DNA from: the human T2T-CHM13v2.0 reference genome, Homo sapiens
Assembly (NCBI RefSeq): GCF_009914755.1
Contig: NC_060948.1
Length of the DNA stretch: 64,000 nucleotides
Direction: 5' to 3' (one strand)
Both the position numbers and the translations under genes were made by a program. The notes beneath the pieces were generated by a model. That model was not told the DNA's origin. It did no database searches and saw nothing but the letters and a program-made list of their open reading frames with translations. Shown in pieces: positions 28,607 through 42,797 of the stretch. Numbering within the stretch: position 1 is the stretch's first letter; each line of letters starts with the position of its first letter.

Positions 28607-31600
28607 GAATTCATTGGAATGGAAGGGAATGTAGTGTAATGGACAGGCCTGGAATAAAGTGGAATGCTACGGTCTCGAATGGAATAAAAATGTATGGAAT
28701 GGAATGCAATGAAACGGAATCGAATGTCATAGAATGTAATGGAATGCAAAAAAATGGAATCCAAAATCATTGACTGGAAAGGCTGGGTGTCGAAAGGAAT
28801 TGACTCCAATGGAATGGAATCGAATGGAATGGAAGTGAATAGAATCGAACTAAATCGAATGGAATGGAATTGATAGGAACGGAATGGAAAGGAATGCAAT
28901 GATTTGGCATGGAATGGAATCGAATGGCATCAAATGGAATGGAATGGAATGCAATGGAATGGAATGTATTAGAATGTAATGAACATTAATGGAATGTACT
29001 CGAATGGATTCGACTGGAATGGAATGTTCTGGAAGTGAATGGACTCCAATGGAATGGATTCAAAAGGAATGGAATCGTACGGAATGGAATCTAATGGAAT
29101 GGAATTAAATGGAAATGAATCAAATTGAATAGCACGGAATTGAATTGAATGGAATCGAATGCAATGGAATCTAATGAAACGGAAAGGAAAGGAATGGAAT
29201 GGAATGGAATGGGCTGGAATGGAAAGGAATCGAAACGAATGGAATGGAATCGAACTGAAGAGACTGGAATGGAATGCACTGGAATGGAAGGGAGTGTAAT
29301 GGAAGGTTCTCGAAAAAAATGGAATCGAATGGAATGGAATTGAATGGAACGGAATAGAGTCGAATGGAATTGAATGGAATGGAATGGACTAGAGTGAAAT
29401 GGAATCGAACCACAAGGAATGGACAGGAATAGAATGGTCTCGAATTGAATGGAATCGTATGGAATGGCATCAAAAGGAATGGAATGGACAGCCACGGAAT
29501 GGAATGCACTCGAATGCAATGGAGTCGAAACTAATGGACTGGAATAGAATGGACTCGACTGGTACGGACTCCAATGGAATGGAATCGAATGGAAGGGAAT
29601 CGAACGGAATGGACTCGAAGGGAAAAGACTGCAATGGAAAGGTCTCGAATGGAATGGAAATTAATGGAATGGAATGGAATCGAATGAAATGGAGTCAAAA
29701 GGAATGGAATCGAATGGCAAGAAATCGAATGTAATGGAATCGCAAGGAATTGATGTGAACGGAACGGAATGGAATGGAATCCAAAGGAATGGAATAGAAT
29801 GGAATGGAATCGAATGGAAAGGACTCGAATGGAAATCACTCGAATAGAATGCAATTTAATAAAATAGGATCAAATGTAATGGAATGGAATGGAAAGGAAT
29901 CGAAACGAAAGGAATGGAGACAGATGGAATGGAATGGAACAGAGAGCAATGGTATAGAATGGAATGGAATCATCTGGAATGGAATTGAATGGAATTTAAT
30001 AATATGAAATGGAATGGAATGGAATGGAATGGAATGTCCTTGAATTAAATGGACTGGAATGGAATGGACTCGAACAGAGTGGAATGGAAAGTGTTGAGAT
30101 AGAATGGAATGGACTCCTTTGGAATGGTGTAGTATGCAATGCAATCGACTGGCAGGGAATCAAAAGGAATGTAATGGAATGGATTGGACTGGAATGCAAT
30201 GGACTCGAATAGATTGGAAACGGAATGCAAAGGAATGGAATGGAATAGTATGGAATGGAATGGAAAGGAATGGAGTGGAATAGACTAGAGTGGAATGGAA
30301 TGGACTGGAAAGCAATGGACTGGAATGGAACTTTCTTGAATGGACTGGAATCAAACGGAATGGAATGCAATGCAATCAAATGGCATGGAATAAAATAGAA
30401 TGAAAGAGAATCAAATGGAATTGAATCGAATGGAATCGAATGGATTGGAAAGGAATAGAATGGAATGGAATGGAATTGACTAGAATGGAATGGATTCGAA
30501 TGGAAGGCAAAGGAATGGAATCTATTGGAATGGACTGTAATGGAATGGAATGGAAGGGATTGGAATGGATTCGAATGGAATGGACTGCAATAGAAAGGAT
30601 TCGAATGGAATGAAAAAGAATTGAATGGAATAGAACAGAATGGAATCAAATCGAATGAAATGGAATGGAATAGAAAGGAATGGAATGAAATGGAATGGAA
30701 AGGATTCGAATGGAATGCAATCGAATGGAATGGAATCGAACGGAATGGAATAAAATGGAAGAAAACTGGCAAGAAATGGAATCGAAATGAATGGAGTGTT
30801 ATGGAACGGACTCAAAAGGAATTGAATGTAATAGAATGGAGTGGAGTGGACTCGAATATAATGGACTGGAATGGAATGAAATCACATGGAATGGGAACGA
30901 ATGGAATGGAATGGAAAGGAATGGAATCGAATGGAAAGGAAACGAACGGAAGGGAATGAAATTGAATCAACAGGAATGGAAGGCAATACAATAGACGGTA
31001 ATGGAATGGACTCGAATAGAATGGACACGAATGCTGAAATCGAATGGACTCGAATGGAATGGAAACGAAAGGAATGTCATCGAATGGAATTGAATCGATT
31101 GGAATGAAATCGCATAGAATGGAGTGGAATCAAATGGAATTGAATCGAAAGGAAAGGAAGCGAATGGACTGAAATGAAATGGAATGGAATTGAATGGAAA
31201 GTAATGCAATGGAATAGAATGGAACGAAATTTCACGGAATGGAATCAAACTGAATGGAATCAAATCAATGGAATCAAATCAAATGGAATGGAAAGGAATT
31301 GAATGGAGTAGATTGGATTGGATGGGATTGGAATGAAATGTACTGGAAAGGACTCGAATTTCATGAAACGGAATGGAATGAATTGGAACGGAATGGACTC
31401 GAATGGAATGGAATGTCATGGAATGGCATCAAATGGAATGGTATCAAATGGAATGGAATCGAATGCAATGGAATGCTATGGAATGGAATGGAATGCATTG
31501 GAATGGAATGTCCTCTAATGGAATGGATCCGAGTGGAATGGAATCGAATATAATGGAGTCGAATGAAATGGAATTGAAAGGAATGGGATCGAATACAATG

Positions 31601-32145
31601 GAATATACTGGAATGTAATGTAATGAACTCGAATGTAATTGACTGGAATGGAATGTACATGAATGGAATGTAATCGAATGGAAAGTAATCCAATGGAATA
31701 GAATCTAATGCAATAAAATCGACTCAGATAGAGTAGAATGTAATGGAATGGAGTGTAGTGCAATGGAATGGAATGGAATGGAATGCAATTGAATGGAATG
31801 GAATGGAATGGAATGGAATGGGATGGAATGGTATGGAATGGATAGTAATGGACTGGAGTGAAATGGACTGGAAAGGAATGGACTCAAATTGAAAGGGCTC
31901 GAAAGGAATGGAGTCAAATGGAATGGTCTGGAATGGAATGAACACGAATGTAATGCAATCCGATAGAATGGAATCGAATGGCATGGAATATAAAGAAATG
32001 GAATCGAAGAGAATGGAAACAAATGGAATGGAATTGAATGGAATGGAATTGAATGGAATGCGAACGAATGGAGTGAAATTGTATGCAGTAGAAGGGAATA
32101 GAATGGAATGCAAGCGAAAGGAAAGGAATGGATTGGAATGGAATG
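28607..32145 (+). repeat. DYZ1 unit U9 (3539 bp)
   Basis: Landmark spacing 28773 to 32312; private BamHI site GGATCC at 31525. Confidence 0.92.
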
Positions 32146-35100
32146 GAATTCATTGGAATGGAAGGGAATGTAGTGTAATGGACAGGCCTGGAATAAAGTG
32201 GAATGCTACGGTCTCGAATGGAATAAAAATGTATGGAATGGAATGCAATGAAACGGAATCGAATGTCATAGAATGTAATGGAATGCAAAAAAATGGAATC
32301 CAAAATCATTGACTGGAAAGGCTGGGTGTCGAAAGGAATTGACTCCAATGGAATGGAATCGAATGGAATGGAAGTGAATAGAATCGAACTAAATCGAATG
32401 GAATGGAATTGATAGGAACGGAATGGAAAGGAATGCAATGATTTGGCATGGAATGGAATCGAATGGCATCGAATGGAATGGAATGGAATGCAATGGAATG
32501 GAATGTATTAGAATGTAATGAACATTAATGGAATGTACTCGAATGGATTCGACTGGAATGGAATGTTCTGGAAGTGAATGGACTCCAATGGAATGGATTC
32601 AAAAGGAATGGAATCGTACGGAATGGAATCTAATGGAATGGAATTAAATGGAAATGAATCAAATTGAATAGCACGGAATTGAATTGAATGGAATCGAATG
32701 CAATGGAATCTAATGAAACGGAAAGGAAAGGAATGGAATGGAATGGAATGGGCTGGAATGGAAAGGAATCGAAACGAATGGAATGGAATCGAACTGAAGA
32801 GACTGGAATGGAATGCACTGGAATGGAAGGGAGTGTAATGGAAGGTTCTCGAAAAAAATGGAATCGAATGGAATGGAATTGAATGGAACGGAATAGAGTC
32901 GAATGGAATTGAATGGAATGGAATGGACTAGAGTGAAATGGAATCGAACCACAAGGAATGGACAGGAATAGAATGGTCTCGAATTGAATGGAATCGTATG
33001 GAATGGCATCAAAAGGAATGGAATGGACAGCCACGGAATGGAATGCACTCGAATGCAATGGAGTCGAAACTAATGGACTGGAATAGAATGGACTCGACTG
33101 GTACGGACTCCAATGGAATGGAATCGAATGGAAGGGAATCGAACGGAATGGACTCGAAGGGAAAAGACTGCAATGGAAAGGTCTCGAATGGAATGGAAAT
33201 TAATGGAATGGAATGGAATCGAATGAAATGGAGTCAAAAGGAATGGAATCGAATGGCAAGAAATCGAATGTAATGGAATCGCAAGGAATTGATGTGAACG
33301 GAACGGAATGGAATGGAATCCAAAGGAATGGAATAGAATGGAATGGAATCGAATGGAAAGGACTCGAATGGAAATCACTGGAATAGAATGCAATTTAATA
33401 AAATAGGATCAAATGTAATGGAATGGAATGGAAAGGAATCGAAATGAAAGGAATGGAGACAGATGGAATGGAATGGAACAGAGAGCAATGGTATAGAATG
33501 GAATGGAATCATCTGGAATGGAATTGAATGGAATGGAATAATATGAAATGGAATGGAATGGAATGGAATGGAATGGAATGCCCTTGAATTAAATGGACTG
33601 GACTCGAACAGAGTGGAATGGAAAGTGTTGAGATAGAATGGAATGGACTCCTTTGGAATGGTGTAGTATGCAATGCAATCGACTGGCATGGAATCAAAAG
33701 GAATGTAATGGAATGGATTGGACTGGAATGCAATGGACTCGAATAGATTGCAAACGGAATGCAAAGGAATGGAATGGAATAGTATGGAATGGAATGGAAA
33801 GGAATGGAGTGGAATAGACTAGAGTGGAATGGAATGGACTGGAAAGCAATGGCCTGGAATGGAACTTTCTTGAATGGACTGGAATCAAACGGAATGGAAT
33901 GCAATGCAATCAAATGGCATGGAATAAAATAGAATGAAAGAGAATCAAATGGAATTGAATCGAATGGAATCGAATGGATTGGAAAGGAATAGAATGGAAT
34001 GGAATGGAATTGACTCAAATGGAATGGACTAGAATGGAATGGATTCGAATGGAAGGCAAAGGAATGGAATCTATTGGAATGGACTGTAATGGAATGGAAT
34101 GGAAGGGATTGGAATGGACTCGAATGGAATGGACTGCAATAGAAAGGATTCGAATGGAATGAAAAAGAATTGAATGGAATAGAACAGAATGGAATCAAAT
34201 CGAATGAAATGGAATGGAATAGAAAGGAATGGAATGAAATGGAATGGAAAGGATTCGAATGGAATGCAATCGAATGGAATGGAATCGAACGGAATGGAAT
34301 AAAATGGAAGAAAACAGGCAAGAAATGGAATCGAAAGGAATGGAGTGTTATGGAACGGACTCAAAAGGAATTGAATGTAATAGAATGGAGTGGAGTGGAC
34401 TCGAATATAATGGACTGGAATGGAATGAAATCACATGGAATGGGAACGAATGGAATGGAATGGAAAGGAATGGAATCGAATGGAAAGGAATCGAATGGAA
34501 GGGAATGAAATTGAATCAACAGGAATGGAAGGGAATAGAATAGACGGTAATGGAATGGACTCGAATAGAATGGACACGAATGCTCAAATTGAATGGACTC
34601 GAATGGAATGGAAACGAAAGGAATGTCATCGAATGGAATTGAATCGATTGGAATGAAATCGCATAGAATGGAGTGGAATCAAATGGAATTGAATCGAAAG
34701 GAAGCGAATGGACTGAAATGAAATGGAATGGAATTGAATGGAAAGTAATGCAATGGAATAGAATGGAACGAAATTTCACGGAATGGAATCAAACTGAATG
34801 GAATCAAATCAATGGAATCAAATCAAATGGAATGGAAAGGAATTGAATGGAGTAGATTGGATTGGATTGGATTGGAATGAAATGTACTGGAAAGGACTCG
34901 AATTTCATGAAACGGAATGGAATGAATTGGAACGGAATGGACTCGAATGGAATGGAATGTCATGGAATGGCATCAAATGGAATGGCATCAAATGGAATGG
35001 AATAGAATGCAATGGAATGCTATGGAATGGAATGGAATGCATTGGAATGGAATGTCCTCTAATGGAATGGATTCGAGTGGAATGGAATCGAATATAATGG

Positions 35101-35709
35101 AGTCGAATGAAATGGAATTGAAAGGAATGGGATCGAATACAATGGAATATACTGGAATGTAATGTAATGAACTCGAATGTAATTGACTGGAATGGAATGT
35201 ACATGAATGGAATGTAATCGAATGGAAAGTAATCCAATGGAATAGAATCTAATGCAATAAAATCGACTCAGATAGAGTAGAATGTAATGGAATGGAGTGC
35301 AGTGCAATGCAATGGAATGGAATGGAATGCAATGGAATGGAATGGAATGGAATGGAATGGAATGGAATGGAATGGAATGGAATGGGATGGAATGGTATGG
35401 AATGGATAGTAGTGGACTGGAGTGAAATGGACTGGAAAGGAATGGACTCAAATTGAAAGGGCTCGAAAGGAATGGAGTCAAATGGAATGGTCTGGAATGG
35501 AATGAACACGAATGTAATGCAATCCAATAGAATGGAATCGAATGGCATGGAATATAAAGAAATGGAATCGAAGAGAATGGAAACAAATGGAATGGAATTG
35601 AATGGAATGGAATTGAATGGAATGGGAACGAATGGAGTGAAATTGTATGCAGTAGAAGGGAATAGAATGGAATGCAAGCGAAAGGAAAGGAATGGATTGG
35701 AATGGAATG
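32146..35709 (+). repeat. DYZ1 unit U10 (3564 bp)
   Basis: Landmark spacing 32312 to 35876; extra GGCC at 33851. Confidence 0.92.
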
Positions 35710-38700
35710 GAATTCATTGGAATGGAAGGGAATGTAGTGTAATGGACAGGCCTGGAATAAAGTGGAATGCTACGGTCTCGAATGGAATAAAAATGTATGG
35801 AATGGAATGCAATGAAACGGAATCGAATGTCATAGAATGTAATGGAATGCAAAAAAATGGAATCCAAAATCATTGACTGGAAAGGCTGGGTGTCGAAAGG
35901 AATTGACTCCAATGGAATGGAATCGAATGGAGTGGAAGTGAATAGAATCGAACTAAATCGAATGGAATGGAATTGATAGGAACGGAATGGAAAGGAATGC
36001 AATGATTTGGCACGGAATGGATTCGAATGGCATCGAATGGAATGGAATGGAATGCAATGGAATGGAACGTATTAGAATGTAATGAACTTTAATGGAATGT
36101 ACTCGAATGGATTCGACTGGAATGGAATGTTCTGGAAGTGAATGGACTCCAATGGAATGGATTCTAAAGGAATGGAATCGTACGGAATGGAATCTAATGG
36201 AATGGAATTAAATGGAAATGAATCAAATTGAATAGCACGGAATTGAATTGAATGGAATGGAATGCAATGGAATCTAATGAAACGGAAAGGAAAGGAATGG
36301 AATGGAATGGAATGGGCTGGAATGGAAAGGAATCGAAACGAATGGAATGGAATCGAACTGAAGAGACTGGAATGGAATGCACTGGAATGGAAGGGAGTGT
36401 AATGGAAGGTTCTCGAAAAAAATGGAATCGAATGGAATGGAATTGAATGGAACGGAATAGAGTCGAATGGAATTGAATGGAATGGAATGGACTAGAGTGA
36501 AATGGAATCGAACCACAAGGAATGGACAGGAATAGAATGGTCTCGAATTGAATGGAATCGTATGGAATGGCATCAAACGGAATGGAATGGACAGCCACGG
36601 AATGGAATGCACTCGAATGCAATGGAGTCGAAACTAATGGACTGGAATAGAATGGACTCGACTGGTACGGACTCCAATGGAATGGAATCGAATGGAAGGG
36701 AATCGAACGGAATGGACTCGAAGGGAAAAGACTGCAATGGAAAGGTCTCGAATGGAATGGAAATTAATGGAATGGAATGGAATCGAATGAAATGGAGTCA
36801 AAAGGAATGGAATCGAATGGCAAGAAATCGAATGTAATGGAATCGCAAGGAATTGATGTGAACGGAACGGAATGGAATGGAATCCAAAGGAATGGAATAG
36901 AATGGAATGGAATCGAATGGAAAGGACTCGAATGGAAATCACTCGAATAGAATGCAATTTAATAAAATAGGACCAAATGTAATGGAATGGAATGGAAAGG
37001 AATCGAAACGGAAGGAATGGAGACAGATGGAATGGAATGGAACAGAGAGCAATGGTATAGAATGGAATGGAATCATCTGGAATGGAATGGAATGGAATGG
37101 AATGAAATGCCCTTGAATTAAATGGACTGGAATGGAATGGACTCGAACAGAGTGGAATGGAAAGTGTTGAGATAGAATGGAATGGACTCTTTTGGAATGG
37201 TCTAGTATGCAATGCAATCGACTGGCAGGGAATCAAAAGGAATGTAATCGAATGGATTGGACTGGAATGCAATGGACTTGAATAGATTGCAAACGGGATG
37301 CAAAGGAATGGAATGGAATAGTATGGAATGGAATGGAAAGGAATGGAGTGGAATAGACTAGAGTGGAATTGAATGGACTGGAAAGAAATGGACTGGAATG
37401 GAACTTTCTTGAATGGACTGGAATCAAACGGAATGGAATGCAATGCAATCAAATGGCATGGAATAAAATAGAATGAAAGAGAATCAAATGGAATTGAATC
37501 GAATGGAATCGAATGGATTGGAAAGGAATAGAATGGAATGGAATGGAATTGACTCAAATGGAATGGACTAGAATGGAATGGATTCTAATGGAAGGCAAAG
37601 GAATGGAATCTATTGGAATGGACTGTAATGGAATGGAATGGAAGGGATTGGAATGGACTCGAATGGAATGGACTGCAATAGAAAGGATTCGAATGGAATG
37701 AAAAAGAATTGAATGGAATAAAACAGAATGGAATGAAATCGAATGAAATGGAATGGAATAGAAAGGAATGGAATGAAATGGAATGGAAAGGATTCGAATG
37801 GAATGCAATCGAATGGAATGGAATCGAACGGAATGGAATAAAATGGAAGAAAACTGGCAAGAAATGGAATCGAAATGAATGGAGTGTTATGGAACGGACT
37901 CAAAAGGAATTGAATGTAATAGAATGGAGTGGAGTGGACTCGAATATAATGGACTGGAATGGAATGAAATCACATGGAATGGGAACGAATGGAATGGAAT
38001 GGAAAGGAATGGAATCGAATGGAAAGGAATCGAATGGAAGGGAATGAAATTGAATCAACAGGAATGGAAGGGAATAGAATAGACGGTAATGGAATGGACT
38101 CGAATAGAATGGACACGAATGCTCAAATTGAATGGACTCGAATGGAATGGAAACGAAAGGAATGTCATCGAATGGAATTGAATCGATTGGAATGAAATCG
38201 CATAGAATGGAGTGGAATCAAATGGAATTGAATTGAAAGGAAAGGAAGCGAATGGACTGAAATGAAATGGAATGGAATTGAATGGAAAGTAATGCAATGG
38301 AATAGAATGGAACGAAATTTCACGGAATGGAATCAAACTGAATGGAATCAAATCAATGGAATCAAATAAAATGGAATGGAAAGGAATTGAATGGAGTAGA
38401 TTGGATTGGATGGGATTGGAATGAAATGTACTGGAAAGGACTCGAATTTCATGAAACGGAATGGAATGAATTGGAACGGAATGGACTCGAATGGAATGGA
38501 ATGTCATGGAATGGCATCAAATGGAATGGCATCAAATGGAATGGAATCGAATGCAATGGAATGCTATGGAATGGAATGGAATGCATTGGAATGGAATGTC
38601 CCCTAATGGAATGGATTCGAGTGGAATGGAATCGAATATAATGGAGTCGAATGAAATGGAATTGAAAGGAATGGGATCGAATAGAATGGAATATACTGGA

Positions 38701-39258
38701 ATGTAATGTAATGAACTCGAATGTAATTGACTGGAATGGAATGTACATGAATGGAATGTAATCGAATGGAAAGTAATCCAATGGAATAGAATCTAATGCA
38801 ATAAAACCGACTCAGATAGAGTAGAATGTAATGGAATGGAGTGCAGTGCAATGGAAGGGAATGGAATTGAATGCAATGGAATGGAATGGAATGGAATGGA
38901 ATGGAATGGAATGGAATGGAATGGAATGGAATGGGATGGAATGGTATGGAATGGATAGTAATGGACTGGAGTGAAATGGACTGGAAAGGAATGGACTCAA
39001 ATTGAAAGGGCTCGAAAGGAATGGAGTCAAATGGAATGGTCTGGAATGGAATGAACACGAATGTAATGCAATCCAATAGAATGGAATCGAATGGCATGGA
39101 ATATAAAGAAATGGAATCGAAGAGAATGGAAACAAATGGAATGGAATTGAATGGAATGGAATTGAATGGAATGGGAACGAATGGAGTGAAATTGTATGCA
39201 GTAGAAGGGAATAGAATGGAATGCAAGCGAAAGGAAAGGAATGGATTGGAATGGAATG
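35710..39258 (+). repeat. DYZ1 unit U11 (3549 bp)
   Basis: Landmark spacing 35876 to 39425; lacks the GAATAATATGAAAT landmark near 37085. Confidence 0.92.
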
Positions 39259-42200
39259 GAATTCATTGGAATGGAAGGGAATGTAGTGTAATGGACAGGC
39301 CTGGAATAAAGTGGAATGCTACGGTCTCGAATGGAATAAAAATGTATGGAATGGAATGCAATGAAACGGAATCGAATGTCATAGAATGTAATGGAATGCA
39401 AAAAAATGGAATCCAAAATCATTGACTGGAAAGGCTGGGTGTCGAAAGGAATTGACTCCAATGGAATGGAATCGAATGGAATGGAAGTGAACAGAATCGA
39501 ACTAAATCGAATGGAATGGAATTGATAGGAACGGAATGGAAAGGAATGCAATGATTTGGCATGGAATGGAATCGAATGGCATCGAATGGAATGGAATGGA
39601 ATGCAATGGAATGGAATGTATTAGAATGTAATGAACTTTAATGGAATGTACTCGAATGGATTCGACTGGAATGGAATGTTCTGGAAGTGAATGGACTCCA
39701 ATGGAATGGATTCCAAAGGAATGGAATCGTACGGAATGGAATCTAATGGAATGGAATTAAATGGAAATGAATCAAATTGAATAGCACGGAATTGAATTGA
39801 ATGGAATGGAATGCAATGGAATCTAATGAAACGGAAAGGAAACGAATGGAATGGAATGGAATGGACTGGAATGGAAAGGAATCGAAACGAATGGAATGGA
39901 ATCGAACTGAAGAGACTGGAATGGAATGCACTGGAATGGAAGGGAGTGTAATGGAAGGTTCTCGAAAAAAATGGAATCGAATGGAATGGAATTGAATGGA
40001 ACGGAATAGAGTCGAATGGAATTGAATGGAATGGAATGGACTAGAGTGAAATGGAATCGAACCACAAGGAATGGACATGAATAGAATGGTCTCGAATTGA
40101 ATGGAATCGTATGGAATGGCATCAAACGGAATGGAATGGACAGCCACGGAATGGAATGCACTCGAATGCAATGGAGTCGAAACTAATGGACTGGAATAGA
40201 ATGGACTCGACTGGTACGGACTCCAATGGAATGGAATAGAATGGAAGGGAATCGAACGGAATGGACTCGAAGGGAAATGACTGCAATGGAAAGGTCTCGA
40301 ATGGAATGGAAATTAATGGAATGGAATGGAATCGAATGAAATGGAGTCAAAAGGAATGGAATCGAATGGCAAGAAATCGAATGTAATGGAATCACAAGGA
40401 ATTGATGTGAACGGAACGGAATGGAATGGAATCCAAAGGAATGGAATAGAATGGAATGGAATCGAATGGAAAGGACTCGAATGGAAATCACTCGAATCGA
40501 ATGCAATTTAATAAAATAGGATCAAATGTAATGGAATGGAATGGAAAGGAATCGAAACGAAAGGAATGGAGACAGATGGAATGGAATGGAACAGAGAGCA
40601 ATGGTATAGAATGGAATGGAATCATCTGGAATGGAATTGAATGGAATGGAATAATATGAAATGGAATGGAATGGAATGGAATGGAATGCCCTTGAATTAA
40701 ATGGACTGGAATGGAATGGACTCGAACAGAGTGGAATGGAAAGTGTTGAGATAGAATGGAATGGACTCCTTTGGAATGGTGTAGTATGCAATGCAATCGA
40801 CTGGCAGGGAATCAAAAGGAATGTAATCGAATGGATTGGACTGGAATGCAATGGACTCGAATAGATTGCAAACGGAATGCAAAGGAATGGAATGGAATAT
40901 TATGGAATGGAATGGAAAGGAATGGAGTGGAATAGACTAGAGTGGAATGGAATGGACTGGAAAGAAATGGACTGGAATGGAACTTTCTTGAATGGACTGG
41001 AATCAAACGGAATGGAATGCAATGCAATCAAATGGCATGGAATAAAATAGAATGAAAGAGAATCAAATGGAATTGAATCGAATGGAATCGAATGGATTGG
41101 AAAGGAATAGAATGGAATGGAATGGAATTGAGTCAAATGGAATGGACTAGAATGGAATGGATTCGAATGGAAGGCAAAGGAATGGAATCTATTGGAATGG
41201 ACTGTAATGGAATGGAATGGAAGGGATTGGAATGGACTCGAATGGAATGGACTGCAATAGAAAGGAATCGAATGGAATGAAAAAGAATTGAATGGAATAA
41301 AACAGAATGGAATGAAATCGAATGAAATGGAAAAGAATAGAAAGGAATGGAATGAAATGGAATGGAAAGGATTCGAATGGAATGCAATCGAATGGAATGG
41401 AATCGAACGGAATGGAATAAAATGGAAGAAAACTGGCAAGAAATGGAATCGAAATGAATGGACTGTTATGGAACGGACTCAAAAGGAATTGAATGTAATA
41501 GAATGGAGTGGAGTGGACTCGAATATAATGGACTGGAATGGAATGAAATCACATGGAATGGGAACGAATGGAAAGGAATGGAATCGAATGGAAAGGAATC
41601 GAATGGAAGGGAATGAAATTGAATCAACAGGAATGGAAGGGAATAGAATAGACGGTAATGGAATGGACTCGAATAGAATGGACACGAATGCTCAAATTGA
41701 ATGGACTCGAATGGAATGGAAACGAAAGGAATGTCATCGAATGGAATTGAATCGATTGGAATGAAATCGCATAGAATGGAGTGGAATCAAATGGAATTGA
41801 ATCGAAAGGAAAGGAAGCGAATGGACTGAAATGAAATGGAATGGAATTGAATGGAAAGTAATGCAATGGAATAGAATGGAACGAAATTTCACGGAATGGA
41901 ATCAAACTGAATGGAATCAAATCAATGGAATATAATCAAATGGAATGGAAAGGAATTGAATGGAGTAGATTGGATTGGATGGGATTGGAATGAAATGTAC
42001 TGGAAAGGACTCGAATTTCATGAAACGGAATGGAATGAATTGGAACGGAATGGACTCGAATGGAATGGAATGTCATGGAATGGCATCAAATGCAATGGCA
42101 TCAAATGGAATGGAATCGAATGCAATGGAATGCTATGGAATGGAATGGAATGCATTGGAATGGAATGTCCTCTAATGGAATGGATTCGAGTGGAATGGAA

Positions 42201-42797
42201 TCGAATATAATGGAGTCGAATGAAATGGAATTGAAAGGAATGGGATCGAATACAATGGAATATACTGGAATGTAATGTAATGAACTCGAATGTAATTGAC
42301 TGGAATGGAATGTACATGAATGGAATGTAATCGAATGGAAAGTAATCCAATGGAATAGAATCTAATGCAATAAAATCGACTCAGATAGAGTAGCATGTAA
42401 TGGAATGGAGTGCAGTGCAATGGAATGGAATGGAATGGAATGCAATGGAATGGAATGGAATGGAATGTGATGGGATGGAATGGTATGGAATGGATAGTAA
42501 TGGACTGGAGTGAAATGGACTGGAAAGGAATGGACTCAAATTGAAAGGGCTCGAAAGGAATGGAGTCAAATGGAATGGTCTGGAATGGAATGAACACGAA
42601 TGTAATGCAATCCAATAGAATGGAATCGAATGGCATGGAATATAAAGAAATGGAATCGAAGAGAATGGAAACAAATGGAATGGAATTGAATGGAATGGAA
42701 TTGAATGGAATGGGAACGAATGGAGTGAAATTGTATGCAGTAGAAGAGAATAGAATGGAATGCAAGCGAAAGGAAAGGAATGGATTGGAATGGAATG
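39259..42797 (+). repeat. DYZ1 unit U12 (3539 bp)
   Basis: Landmark spacing 39425 to 42964. Confidence 0.92.
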
